Shown here piece after piece: positions 1 to 7,876 of a stretch of 13,721 bases of DNA. The translations under genes were made by a program, and so were the position numbers. The stretch is from Pseudomonadota bacterium (GTDB lineage: Bacteria > Bdellovibrionota > FAC87 > UBA2466): positions 1 through 13,721 of the forward strand of contig JAYUGC010000078.1 of assembly GCA_043767805.1 (NCBI GenBank). The letters run 5' to 3'. Numbering within the stretch: position 1 is the stretch's first letter; every line of letters begins with the position of its first letter. The notes under the pieces were generated by a model. It saw only the letters and a program-made list of their open reading frames with translations, did not search any database and was not told the origin of the DNA.

Positions 1-68
1 CGGATGAAGGACTCGCGATCCCCTTGGTTACTTCCCAGACCGATGGCGACCTTAGTGAGCTGCTTCAT
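1..68 (-). CDS. folK: 2-amino-4-hydroxy-6-hydroxymethyldihydropteridine diphosphokinase (HPPK), N-terminal fragment; runs off the window edge
   Basis: Manual translation from ATG at 68 gives MKQLTKVAIGLGSNQGDRESFI..., containing the FolK N-terminal signature (IGLGSNxGDR). The start overlaps the end of the upstream PTPS gene by 17 nt, in an operon with folP. Not in the ORF track. Confidence 0.88.
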   Translation of the reverse strand, partial: MKQLTKVAIGLGSNQGDRESFI

Positions 69-405
69 CGCGTGGCCCGTAATAGAGCGCGCTCGAATGA
101 GCCTTCTCTTTTACTTCGATGAAATGAAGCGGAAAGAAAGGCTCGAGCTTCGCCCAGATCCATACGGCAAGGTTCTCGCTCGTGGCGTACTCGAAGTAGT
201 CGTCCAAATTCTTGCCTTCAAGCTCGGCCACGATGATGCGCCGAAAGAGACGCTTGACCGCGCGAAAGTCGGCGATGAAACCCTCTTCGTTGGGCTCGCC
301 CTTCATGCCAACCCGAACCTTGAAATCGTGCGGATGCACGGGCTCCGACAGCATCCCGTGATGGGAATGAAAGGCCTGAAACTCGATTTCCCTACAAACT
401 ACCAA
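52..405 (-). CDS. 6-pyruvoyl-tetrahydropterin synthase / QueD-family T-fold protein, probably a PTPS-III-like FolB substitute
   Basis: FxAxH (H13) and HxH (H24, H26) Zn ligands, DF, TSENLA and a C-terminal VxE are typical of the PTPS/QueD family. The motif is EPVHPH with no catalytic Cys. Lies between folP and folK; TTG start overlaps the folP end by 14 nt. Confidence 0.85.
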   Translation of the reverse strand: MVVCREIEFQAFHSHHGMLSEPVHPHDFKVRVGMKGEPNEEGFIADFRAVKRLFRRIIVAELEGKNLDDYFEYATSENLAVWIWAKLEPFFPLHFIEVKEKAHSSALYYGPRDEAAH

Positions 406-1213
406 GGGCGATCGCCTCCCAAGTTTTCAGGGCGCGCTTCATGGCCGCGACATCGTGGACACGAAACACGGAGGCGCCTTTAGAAAAAGCCCAAAGGTTC
501 GAAGCGAGGGTGCCGGGCTCGCGCGCTTCGCGCGGCAAGTCCGCCTCGCCCAGAATCTGCGAGAGAAACTTTTTGCGGGAAGTTCCGACCACGACCCGGC
601 CCGCGAGATCTTCGAAGCTGCCGAGATCTTTCAACAGCTCGAGATTATGCTCGGCGGTCTTTCCGAAGCCGATGCCCGGATCGATCCAGAGGCGCTCGGA
701 ATCGATGCCGGCCTCGGCGAACGCGCGCACGCGGTCGGCTAAATAGAAGCGAACCTCCGAGACCACCCCGCGCGGGTACTCCGGGTCCTTTTGCATGGTG
801 CGGGGGTTGCCCCGCATGTGCATCAAAATGAAGCAGACGTCGTGCTCGGCGCCGAGTCTCGCCATGGCGGGATCGCTGCCGACGGTCACGTCATTAACGA
901 TGGTCGCGCCCAAACGAACCGCGGCTTCGGCAACCGCCACCTTCGAAGTATCGATGGAAATCTCCACGGCAAATTCGGAAGCGATGGCCTCTATCACCGG
1001 AAGCACGCGATCCATTTCTACTTGCGCGCTGACTTCCGGGGCGCCCGGCCGCGTGGACTCACCGCCAACGTCGATGATGTCCGCGCCGTCCAAGAAAAGT
1101 TTTTCCGCGTGACGGAGAGCCGCCTCTCGTTCCAAAAACTCGCCTCCGTCCGAAAAGGAATCCGGGGTGACGTTGAGAACTCCCATGACGAGAGGAGCGG
1201 CGCTTTTCCACAT
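392..1213 (-). CDS. folP: Dihydropteroate synthase
   Basis: MGVLNVTPDSFSDGG, IIDVGGESTRPGA, SIDT, INDV, LMHMRG, DPGIGFGK, GTSRK and RVHDV motifs. Confidence 0.97.
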   Translation of the reverse strand: MWKSAAPLVMGVLNVTPDSFSDGGEFLEREAALRHAEKLFLDGADIIDVGGESTRPGAPEVSAQVEMDRVLPVIEAIASEFAVEISIDTSKVAVAEAAVRLGATIVNDVTVGSDPAMARLGAEHDVCFILMHMRGNPRTMQKDPEYPRGVVSEVRFYLADRVRAFAEAGIDSERLWIDPGIGFGKTAEHNLELLKDLGSFEDLAGRVVVGTSRKKFLSQILGEADLPREAREPGTLASNLWAFSKGASVFRVHDVAAMKRALKTWEAIALGSL

Positions 1214-1219
1214 GGCGCC

Positions 1220-1247
1220 ATCCTACGCATTTGCCCCCGAAGCGCAA
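1220..1247 (-). promoter_or_regulatory. Putative sigma70-type promoter for folP (TTGCGC-N16-TAGGAT), possibly giving a leaderless transcript
   Basis: Minus strand reads TTGCGC ttcgggggcaaatgcg TAGGAT ggcgcc ATG; the -10 box ends 6 nt before the folP ATG. Confidence 0.45.
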
Positions 1248-1324
1248 GCGCGACAACTTGCGTTAATCGGAACAAAGCAGTCTCGCGTGCAGACGGAGGT
1301 GGCATGCATTATTCTTAGCGTTCC

Positions 1325-2050
1325 ATGAAAAAACTCACGGCTTTGATCTTGGTGGTCTCCAGTGTCTGGTCCGGCTCGGGTTTCGGCTGGGGGGAAGCCG
1401 GCCATCACCTGATAGCCCGCTCGGCGGCTCGCCTAGCCGAGAAGCATCCGGCACTCAAAGAGGTGAAAGACGTCGAGGCCCGCCGCGCCCTCGATCAGTT
1501 CCTCAAAGTGCTCCGGGACCGGCACTACCAGCAAGGCCACCTGGCCAATATCCCGGACGTGTACTGGCGAAATCTCGAGGACGGCCTCGCGCAGGCGGGC
1601 AATCAGCTGGGATCGCCCACCCATTACCTGAACGCCGAGTACCTGGCCCCCGAAGGCGCAAAGGACCCCTACCTCGAATCGAAAGTACCCCTCGATTACG
1701 AGGCGGCCCGCAGCTACGTGAGCGGGCTTTATCCGAGCATTTCCCTCTTCAAGACGGTGGGAACCGCGCCTTGGAGAGCGCAACAATTCGCGACCCTAAT
1801 GAAGTCGGCCCTCGAAGCGACGCCCAAGGCGGCTTGCGAGACCTACGAGAACAAGGAAGCCCCCCCTACCCGCGCGATGCTCACCTTCGCGGGCATTCTC
1901 GCGCATTACACCGGTGACTCCGCTCAGCCCCTGCACTCGACTAAAGACTTCGACGCGGTTGCCACCGGACAAAAGGGCCTTCACTGGTATTTCGAAAACG
2001 ATCTCGTCAACGCCCTGAGCCCGCCCTCGAGGCCAAAGTGGAAGCGTTAG
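1325..2050 (+). CDS. S1/P1 nuclease-family protein, N-terminal part (signal peptide and Zn-binding residues)
   Basis: Signal peptide MKKLTALILVVSSVWSGSGFG is followed by WGEAGHH (mature N-terminal W/H Zn ligands). NIPD, THY, AHYTGDSAQPLH and LHWYFE match the S1/P1 metal-binding motifs. Confidence 0.8.
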   Translation: MKKLTALILVVSSVWSGSGFGWGEAGHHLIARSAARLAEKHPALKEVKDVEARRALDQFLKVLRDRHYQQGHLANIPDVYWRNLEDGLAQAGNQLGSPTHYLNAEYLAPEGAKDPYLESKVPLDYEAARSYVSGLYPSISLFKTVGTAPWRAQQFATLMKSALEATPKAACETYENKEAPPTRAMLTFAGILAHYTGDSAQPLHSTKDFDAVATGQKGLHWYFENDLVNALSPPSRPKWKR

Positions 2051-2745
2051 CGGAAAAGATTCTGACCGGCGTGGAAAAGCAAAAGGGTACCCTGGCCGCC
2101 CTTTGGAAAAAGACGAACGAGCGCTTTCCCGATCTGAAGCCCGATCAGAGGACGCAGGCCCTGGTCTTCATGGAGCTCGCCGATAGCTACGGCGCCTTGA
2201 AAAAATTGCGGGATCTCGATCTCAAGTACGCCGTCTCGACGGCCGAAGAAGCCCTCGCCTTGGAAACCTGCCGCCCCACGGTTTCCGCTTTGATGGGCGA
2301 GCTCGAGAAAACACCTTCGAAGGTGAAGCGCCGCGAGCTGCTTCGGCAAAAAGCGATCGGCTCGAAAGAGCCCGAGCAAGCCGCCTGCCGCCGCACGCCC
2401 ACCGCCCTGGTGGACTGGTCGGGAGCGCGTTGTAAAACGGCGGATGCCGGCGCTGGTTGCAAGACGGTGGCGCAGTGGCATGAAAGCCTCATCGTGGAAC
2501 GGCTCGCGCTCGCGACCGCGGTCACCGCGGACGTTCTGGTGCGCGCGTGGAAAGACGGCGGCATGGTCTCGCCGTGCTGGAGCTGGCAGTACGCGATGAA
2601 GCCGGGCTTCGTGAGCCCCACCGACGGCTCATGTTTCGGGTACGCCCGAAGTGAGAGAGCCGAAGACGTGCTCACGAGCACGAAACCGATGCCGTCTATC
2701 TGGAAAACGAATTCCAAGACCGCCATCGACTGCGCCCGTTTTTAG
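2038..2745 (+). CDS. C-terminal part of the S1/P1 nuclease-like protein (Cys-rich)
   Basis: No convincing RBS, and the frame is open upstream to 1945. LIVERLALATAVTADVLVRAWKDGG resembles the last helix of S1/P1-type domains; 7 Cys. Confidence 0.6.
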   Translation: MEALAEKILTGVEKQKGTLAALWKKTNERFPDLKPDQRTQALVFMELADSYGALKKLRDLDLKYAVSTAEEALALETCRPTVSALMGELEKTPSKVKRRELLRQKAIGSKEPEQAACRRTPTALVDWSGARCKTADAGAGCKTVAQWHESLIVERLALATAVTADVLVRAWKDGGMVSPCWSWQYAMKPGFVSPTDGSCFGYARSERAEDVLTSTKPMPSIWKTNSKTAIDCARF

Positions 2746-2760
2746 GCGGAGATAAATTCG

Positions 2761-2952
2761 TTAGTTGGCGCGCTGCTCGCGGAGTTTCGCGGAGAGAACT
2801 TGGAGCGCCTTTTCGCGGATGCCGTAACGGCTCACGAAACGGTAGAAGAAGCGGATATCCGGTTCTTTCAGCATGGTCTTCATGGACGGCAACTTCTTGC
2901 CCGTGACCTGCTCGTCAGACTGCTTCGACTTGGAACGATTGGTTTCCAACAT
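2761..2952 (-). CDS. Small basic hypothetical protein (63 aa)
   Basis: ATG at 2952 is preceded by a GGGGG SD-like run, with a perfect TATAAT about 55 nt upstream. It fills an otherwise empty gap and has an amphipathic helical core (PDIRFFYRFVSRYGIREKALQVL). Confidence 0.7.
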   Translation of the reverse strand: MLETNRSKSKQSDEQVTGKKLPSMKTMLKEPDIRFFYRFVSRYGIREKALQVLSAKLREQRAN

Positions 2953-3007
2953 CAACTAACCCCCAGAAATAGATTTGTGCCCCGTAAACCGTGAAAGGAT
3001 TGCTGAG

Positions 3008-3047
3008 ATTATAGAAACGTTTACACCGATTCAAGTATATTTTACAC
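3008..3047 (-). promoter_or_regulatory. Putative promoter for the small ORF (TTGAAT-N15-TATAAT) with a GTGTAAA direct repeat
   Basis: AT-rich patch with TATAAT at 3008-3013 and TTGAAT at 3029-3034 (minus strand); TTTACAC occurs at 3020-3026 and 3041-3047 (plus strand). Confidence 0.5.
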
Positions 3048-3117
3048 AGTGCGTTGCGCTGTCCGAATAAAGGTGCAAAATCAGGGGCTTGCGCCCCCCT
3101 CTTCACACAGGCTTGCC

Positions 3118-3146
3118 TTGACGGCCCCCGAGATTTCCAATAACGT
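3118..3146 (+). promoter_or_regulatory. Putative sigma70 promoter of the aminotransferase-serA-purA operon
   Basis: TTGACG (3118-3123), a 17-nt spacer and TAACGT (3141-3146), about 50 nt upstream of the ATG at 3200. Confidence 0.55.
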
Positions 3147-3199
3147 TGCGACCCGGTGATCCCATTCCCAAAGCAGCCTTCCTTTCCCGGAGTCGGACT

Positions 3200-4369
3200 A
3201 TGAAATCGCATCCGTTGTTCGAGAAGAAACGTATCTTCGCGCCCGGCCCCACGCCGGTTCCGCAGGAGGTACTCGCGGAGCTCTCGCGGCCGCCTCTCCA
3301 TCACAGAACCAAAGAGTTCATCGCGATTCTCGAGCGCGTGAAGAAGAATCTTCAATTCCTCTTCCAAACGAACCAACCGACGTACGTGTTGTCGGCTTCC
3401 GGAACGGGCGCCATGGAAGCGACCGTGGTGAACCTCTTTGCCACCGGCGATAAAGTTTTGGTCATCAACGCCGGAAAGTTCGGCGAGCGGTTTCAAAAGC
3501 TCGCGCAGAGATTCGGCTTGAACACGCAAGTGATGCAGCTCGAGTGGGGACACTCCGCGGATCCGGAAGAAGTCCGTCAGTTCCTAAAAGCCAATCCCGA
3601 TTGCCGGGGCGTGCTCTTCCAAGCTTCGGAAACCTCCACCGCGACCGAACATCCGGTCGAGGCCATCGCGAAGGTCGTTCACGAGACGAGCGATGAGTGC
3701 CTGGTGGTGGTCGATGCGATCACCGCCTTGGGTGTCGTGGACTTGCCTCTCGATAAGTGGGGCCTGGACGCGGTAGTGAGCGGCTCGCAAAAAGCTTTGA
3801 TGCTGCCCCCGGGCCTCGCCTTCCTCGCTCTCTCCGAACGCGGACAGAAAGCGCGGGCGCGGGCGAACATCCCGCGCTTCTATTACGATCTCGTCGCCGA
3901 AGACAAAGCGGGCTCCAAGGGCGAGACCGCCTGGACGCCGGCCGTGGGTCTCATCATGGCGTTGGACGTCGTGCTCGCCCGGGTCGTCGCCTCCGGCCTC
4001 GATCCCATCTTCCATTTTCACAAGCGGCTCGCGGAAGCGACTCGCCGGGGAACCGCGGCCTTGGGCCTCGAGCTCTTCTCGAAAGGCATTCCCTCCACCG
4101 CGGTCACCGCGGTGCACGTGCCGACGGCCATCCCCGAAGGCAAAAAGATCATCTCCCACATGCGCGACCGGTACGGCGTCACCATCGCCGGCGGCCAGGA
4201 CGCGTGGACGGGAAAGATCTTCCGCCTCGCTCATCTCGGTTACTACGACGAGCTCGACATGCTTCAGATTCTGTCCTGCACGGAGCTCACGCTCAATAAG
4301 CTTGGCTACAAGTGCGAGTACGGCAAAGGCGTCGCCGCGGCGGCGGCCTACTTCGCGGAGAACGACTGA
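3200..4369 (+). CDS. PLP-dependent class-V aminotransferase (alanine-glyoxylate/serine-pyruvate family), likely acting as phosphoserine aminotransferase
   Basis: PGPTPVP, SGTGAMEA, SETST, VVDAI, SGSQKALMLPPG (PLP Lys) and FRLAHLG. Start reassigned to ATG 3200 (GGAG at 3189-3192). Ends 2 nt before serA. Confidence 0.92.
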   Translation: MKSHPLFEKKRIFAPGPTPVPQEVLAELSRPPLHHRTKEFIAILERVKKNLQFLFQTNQPTYVLSASGTGAMEATVVNLFATGDKVLVINAGKFGERFQKLAQRFGLNTQVMQLEWGHSADPEEVRQFLKANPDCRGVLFQASETSTATEHPVEAIAKVVHETSDECLVVVDAITALGVVDLPLDKWGLDAVVSGSQKALMLPPGLAFLALSERGQKARARANIPRFYYDLVAEDKAGSKGETAWTPAVGLIMALDVVLARVVASGLDPIFHFHKRLAEATRRGTAALGLELFSKGIPSTAVTAVHVPTAIPEGKKIISHMRDRYGVTIAGGQDAWTGKIFRLAHLGYYDELDMLQILSCTELTLNKLGYKCEYGKGVAAAAAYFAEND

Positions 4370-4371
4370 AC

Positions 4372-5958
4372 ATGTACAAAGTTCTCATAGTCGACGGCCT
4401 CGCGGTTGAAGGTATCCAGAAACTCAAAGAGATCTCCGGCATCGAGATCTGGGATCGTAACGGAATTTCCCGGGACGAGCTGAAAACGGTCATTGGCGCT
4501 GCCGACATTCTCATCGTGCGCTCGCGCACTGAAGTAGACGCGGATCTTCTGGCCTCCGCCTCGCAGCTGAAGCTCGTCATCCGCGCCGGCATCGGCCTCG
4601 ACAACGTGAACGTGGAAGCGGCGACGAACCGCGGCGTCATCGTGATGAACGCCCCCACGGGCAATATCGTCACCACCGCCGAGCACACGTTAGCGCTCAT
4701 GTTCACGGCTACCCGCCATGTGGCGCAAGCCGACGCCTCTCTGCGTAAGGGCAAGTGGGAGAAGAAGAAGTTCCAGGGTAACGAGCTTCGCGGCAAGACG
4801 TTGGGGCTCATTGGACTTGGCAACATCGGCCGCACGGTCGCGGAACGCGCCATCGGCCTCACCATGAAAGTGGTAGCCTTCGATCCTTTCGTGAACGCGG
4901 AAAAAGCGGCGCAGATGAAGATTCGTCTGCTTACCTTCGATGAGCTTCTCGCGGAATCCGATTACGTCAGCGTGCACGTGCCGCTTATTCCGAGTACGAA
5001 ACACCTTCTCGGCAAAGCGGCTCTCGCCAAGATGAAAAAGGGCGCTTACCTCATCAACTGCGCGCGCGGCGGCATCGTGGATGAAGCGGCCCTGGTCGCT
5101 TCTCTCGAAGCCGGCCACTTGGCCGGCGCGGCCCTGGACGTTTTCGAGACGGAGCCCCTGCCCCCGGACTCGCCGCTTTTGAAACGCGAAGACATCGTCC
5201 TCACGCCGCACTTGGGCGCGAGCACCGACGAAGCGCAAGTGCAAGTCGGCCTCGAAGTCGCCGATCAGATAGACCAGTTCGTCCGCTCGGGGGCCTTAAA
5301 AAACGCCATCAACGTGCCGAACGTGTCTTTGGAGCAGCTCGCGGTCTTAAAGCCCTACTTGAATCTCTGCGAGCGCGTGGGTTCCTTCTCCGCGCAAATC
5401 GCTCCGGGCAAGTCGATTACGAAACTCTGCCTGCAGTATCAAGGCGCCATTCCGGCAAGCGATCGCTCTATCCTCAGTCTCGCCATGCTGAAGGGCTTCC
5501 TTGGCTCGTTCCTCTCCACGTCGGTGAACTTCGTCAACGTGAAGAAGATTTTGAAAGAGCGCGGCATTCAAGTGGAAGAGTCGTACCAGGAAGATTGCGA
5601 AGACTACGCAAGCTTGGTCTCGCTCACGGTCGAAGGTGACAAGAAGCTTACGGTAGCCGGCACGCTCTTCGGCAAGGAAGAGCCCCGCATCGTGCGCATC
5701 GATCGTTTTCTCATCGACGCGCTTCCCAAGGGCCAGTTGCTCTTCACCAAGAATACCGATCAACCGGGCGTCATCGGAGCTCTGGGCTCGACGCTCGCGG
5801 CTAAAGGCATCAACATCGCGCGCATGCATCTGGGACGAGATCACCAAAACGGGGACGCCATTGCGGTGATCACCCTCGATTCGGAACCGTCGGCGGAGAC
5901 TTTGACTGCACTCAGGCAGATCAAGGGAATGCTTACCGCGGTTCCCATTACTTTGTAG
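4372..5958 (+). CDS. serA: D-3-phosphoglycerate dehydrogenase, long type I form with ASB and ACT domains
   Basis: VRSRT, RAGIGLDNV, NAPTGN, AEH, GLGNIG, INCARGG, AALDVFETEP, TPHLGAST and C-terminal ACT (DQPGVIG...INIARM). Start reassigned to ATG 4372 (GGAG at 4357-4360); 528 aa. Confidence 0.96.
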   Translation: MYKVLIVDGLAVEGIQKLKEISGIEIWDRNGISRDELKTVIGAADILIVRSRTEVDADLLASASQLKLVIRAGIGLDNVNVEAATNRGVIVMNAPTGNIVTTAEHTLALMFTATRHVAQADASLRKGKWEKKKFQGNELRGKTLGLIGLGNIGRTVAERAIGLTMKVVAFDPFVNAEKAAQMKIRLLTFDELLAESDYVSVHVPLIPSTKHLLGKAALAKMKKGAYLINCARGGIVDEAALVASLEAGHLAGAALDVFETEPLPPDSPLLKREDIVLTPHLGASTDEAQVQVGLEVADQIDQFVRSGALKNAINVPNVSLEQLAVLKPYLNLCERVGSFSAQIAPGKSITKLCLQYQGAIPASDRSILSLAMLKGFLGSFLSTSVNFVNVKKILKERGIQVEESYQEDCEDYASLVSLTVEGDKKLTVAGTLFGKEEPRIVRIDRFLIDALPKGQLLFTKNTDQPGVIGALGSTLAAKGINIARMHLGRDHQNGDAIAVITLDSEPSAETLTALRQIKGMLTAVPITL

Positions 5959-5964
5959 TTGTAG

Positions 5965-5995
5965 GGTAGCGTCGAAGCTTCGCTTCGGCGTTGCC
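5965..5995 (+). other. Intercistronic RNA stem-loop between serA and purA
   Basis: GGTAGCGTCGAAGC-TTC-GCTTCGGCGTTGCC forms a 14-bp stem with three G-U pairs on the + strand. There is no U-tract, and the purA SD (AAGGAG) follows within a few nt. Confidence 0.6.
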
Positions 5996-6010
5996 GTTAA
6001 GGAGTAGTAG

Positions 6011-7309
<1,299 letters not shown>

Positions 7310-7312
7310 AGA

Positions 7313-7732
7313 CTAGGGCTTGCCGACACGAGCGTCGTTGGCGTCGCCCGTCCAGCAAAGAACGACGGCGTCCTTTTGCCAGTCGGCTTCGGCCTTACCG
7401 GTCAGCCGGTCTTTGGAGAGCAGCACGCGAATGGATAAGGGCTTCTTGTCCTGTCCTTCGAACAAGTACGTGTAGTGGTTCGGAAGCGCCTGGCCGGGAA
7501 CTTGGGTGAAATACTCTTTGGAGGCAAGCACCGCGGCCGGCACGAACTCACCGTTGTCCCGGTCGTAAACCCCGAGATAGAGATCCGCCTGGCCCGCGTG
7601 GGCGCCCGGCCGAATCGTAATCTGGAAGGCGTCCTTTGCCTGCTCCTGACGGCAGGAAACCAGCGCGGGATCGGCCGCGAGAGCGGAAGCCGTGGACAGC
7701 GCGAGACTCAAGAAAAATAATTTTACGGACAT
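7313..7732 (-). CDS. Hypothetical secreted protein (139 aa)
   Basis: Start reassigned to ATG 7732 (GGAGG upstream). Sec signal peptide MSVKLFFLSLALSTASALA-ADP; two Cys near the ends of the mature region; beta-strand-like pattern. Confidence 0.72.
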   Translation of the reverse strand: MSVKLFFLSLALSTASALAADPALVSCRQEQAKDAFQITIRPGAHAGQADLYLGVYDRDNGEFVPAAVLASKEYFTQVPGQALPNHYTYLFEGQDKKPLSIRVLLSKDRLTGKAEADWQKDAVVLCWTGDANDARVGKP

Positions 7733-7764
7733 CACGAACCCTCCAAAAGCCTTACTGGAGGCCC

Positions 7765-7792
7765 ATCCTAGCGGGTCGAGGAAGAGGGTCAA
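7765..7792 (-). promoter_or_regulatory. Putative sigma70 promoter (TTGACC-N16-TAGGAT) for the secreted protein gene
   Basis: Read directly on the minus strand; same -10 hexamer as the folP candidate promoter. Confidence 0.5.
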
Positions 7793-7814
7793 GACGAAAG
7801 GAAAATTGCTGTAC

Positions 7815-7844
7815 TTCTCAGTTACCGGGTTTGAGGTCTATAAT
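7815..7844 (+). promoter_or_regulatory. Putative promoter (TTCTCA-N18-TATAAT) for the small membrane protein gene
   Basis: Perfect TATAAT at 7839-7844 in a divergent intergenic region; the -35 box is weak. Confidence 0.4.
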
Positions 7845-7876
7845 TTAGCCAACGGCCTCCCTTGGAGGGAGCTTAA

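Larger units (their letters stand above)
1325..2745 (+). pseudogene. Secreted S1/P1 nuclease-like (Zn-dependent phospholipase C/P1 nuclease fold) gene interrupted by a single-base frameshift; either a real pseudogene or a sequencing error
   Basis: ORFs 1325..2050 and 2038..2745 join into one ~473-aa reading frame if one base is inserted near 2017 (CTG[G]AG CCC GCC CTC GAG GCC AAA GTG = LEPALEAKV). Confidence 0.65.

Noticed and set aside
1300..1315. TGGCATGCATTATTCT resembling a sigma54 -24/-12 promoter
   Set aside because: The essential -12 GC is absent, and the site is too close to the ATG at 1325.
1968..2000. CAAAAGGG and GAAAAC as programmed -1 frameshift sites
   Set aside because: Neither is a canonical in-frame X XXY YYZ heptamer. 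A shift at the first would remove the conserved LHWYFE Zn-ligand motif.
3083..3100. GGGGC-TTGC-GCCCC mini-hairpin
   Set aside because: Only a 5-bp stem with no U-tract, lying upstream of both predicted promoters; likely chance in GC-rich DNA.
3146..3199. TTG-initiated N-terminal extension of the aminotransferase given in the ORF track
   Set aside because: It overlaps the predicted -10 box and has no SD. ATG 3200 has GGAG and matches the family's usual N-terminus.
4312..4371. Arg-rich N-terminal extension of SerA (MRVRQRRRRGG), superficially Tat-like
   Set aside because: It lies within the upstream gene. SerA homology begins at MYKVLI (ATG 4372), and no hydrophobic signal region follows.
7733..7792. 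Longer TTG start for the 159-aa ORF
   Set aside because: The TTG is part of the predicted -35 box; the SD and signal peptide point to ATG 7732.
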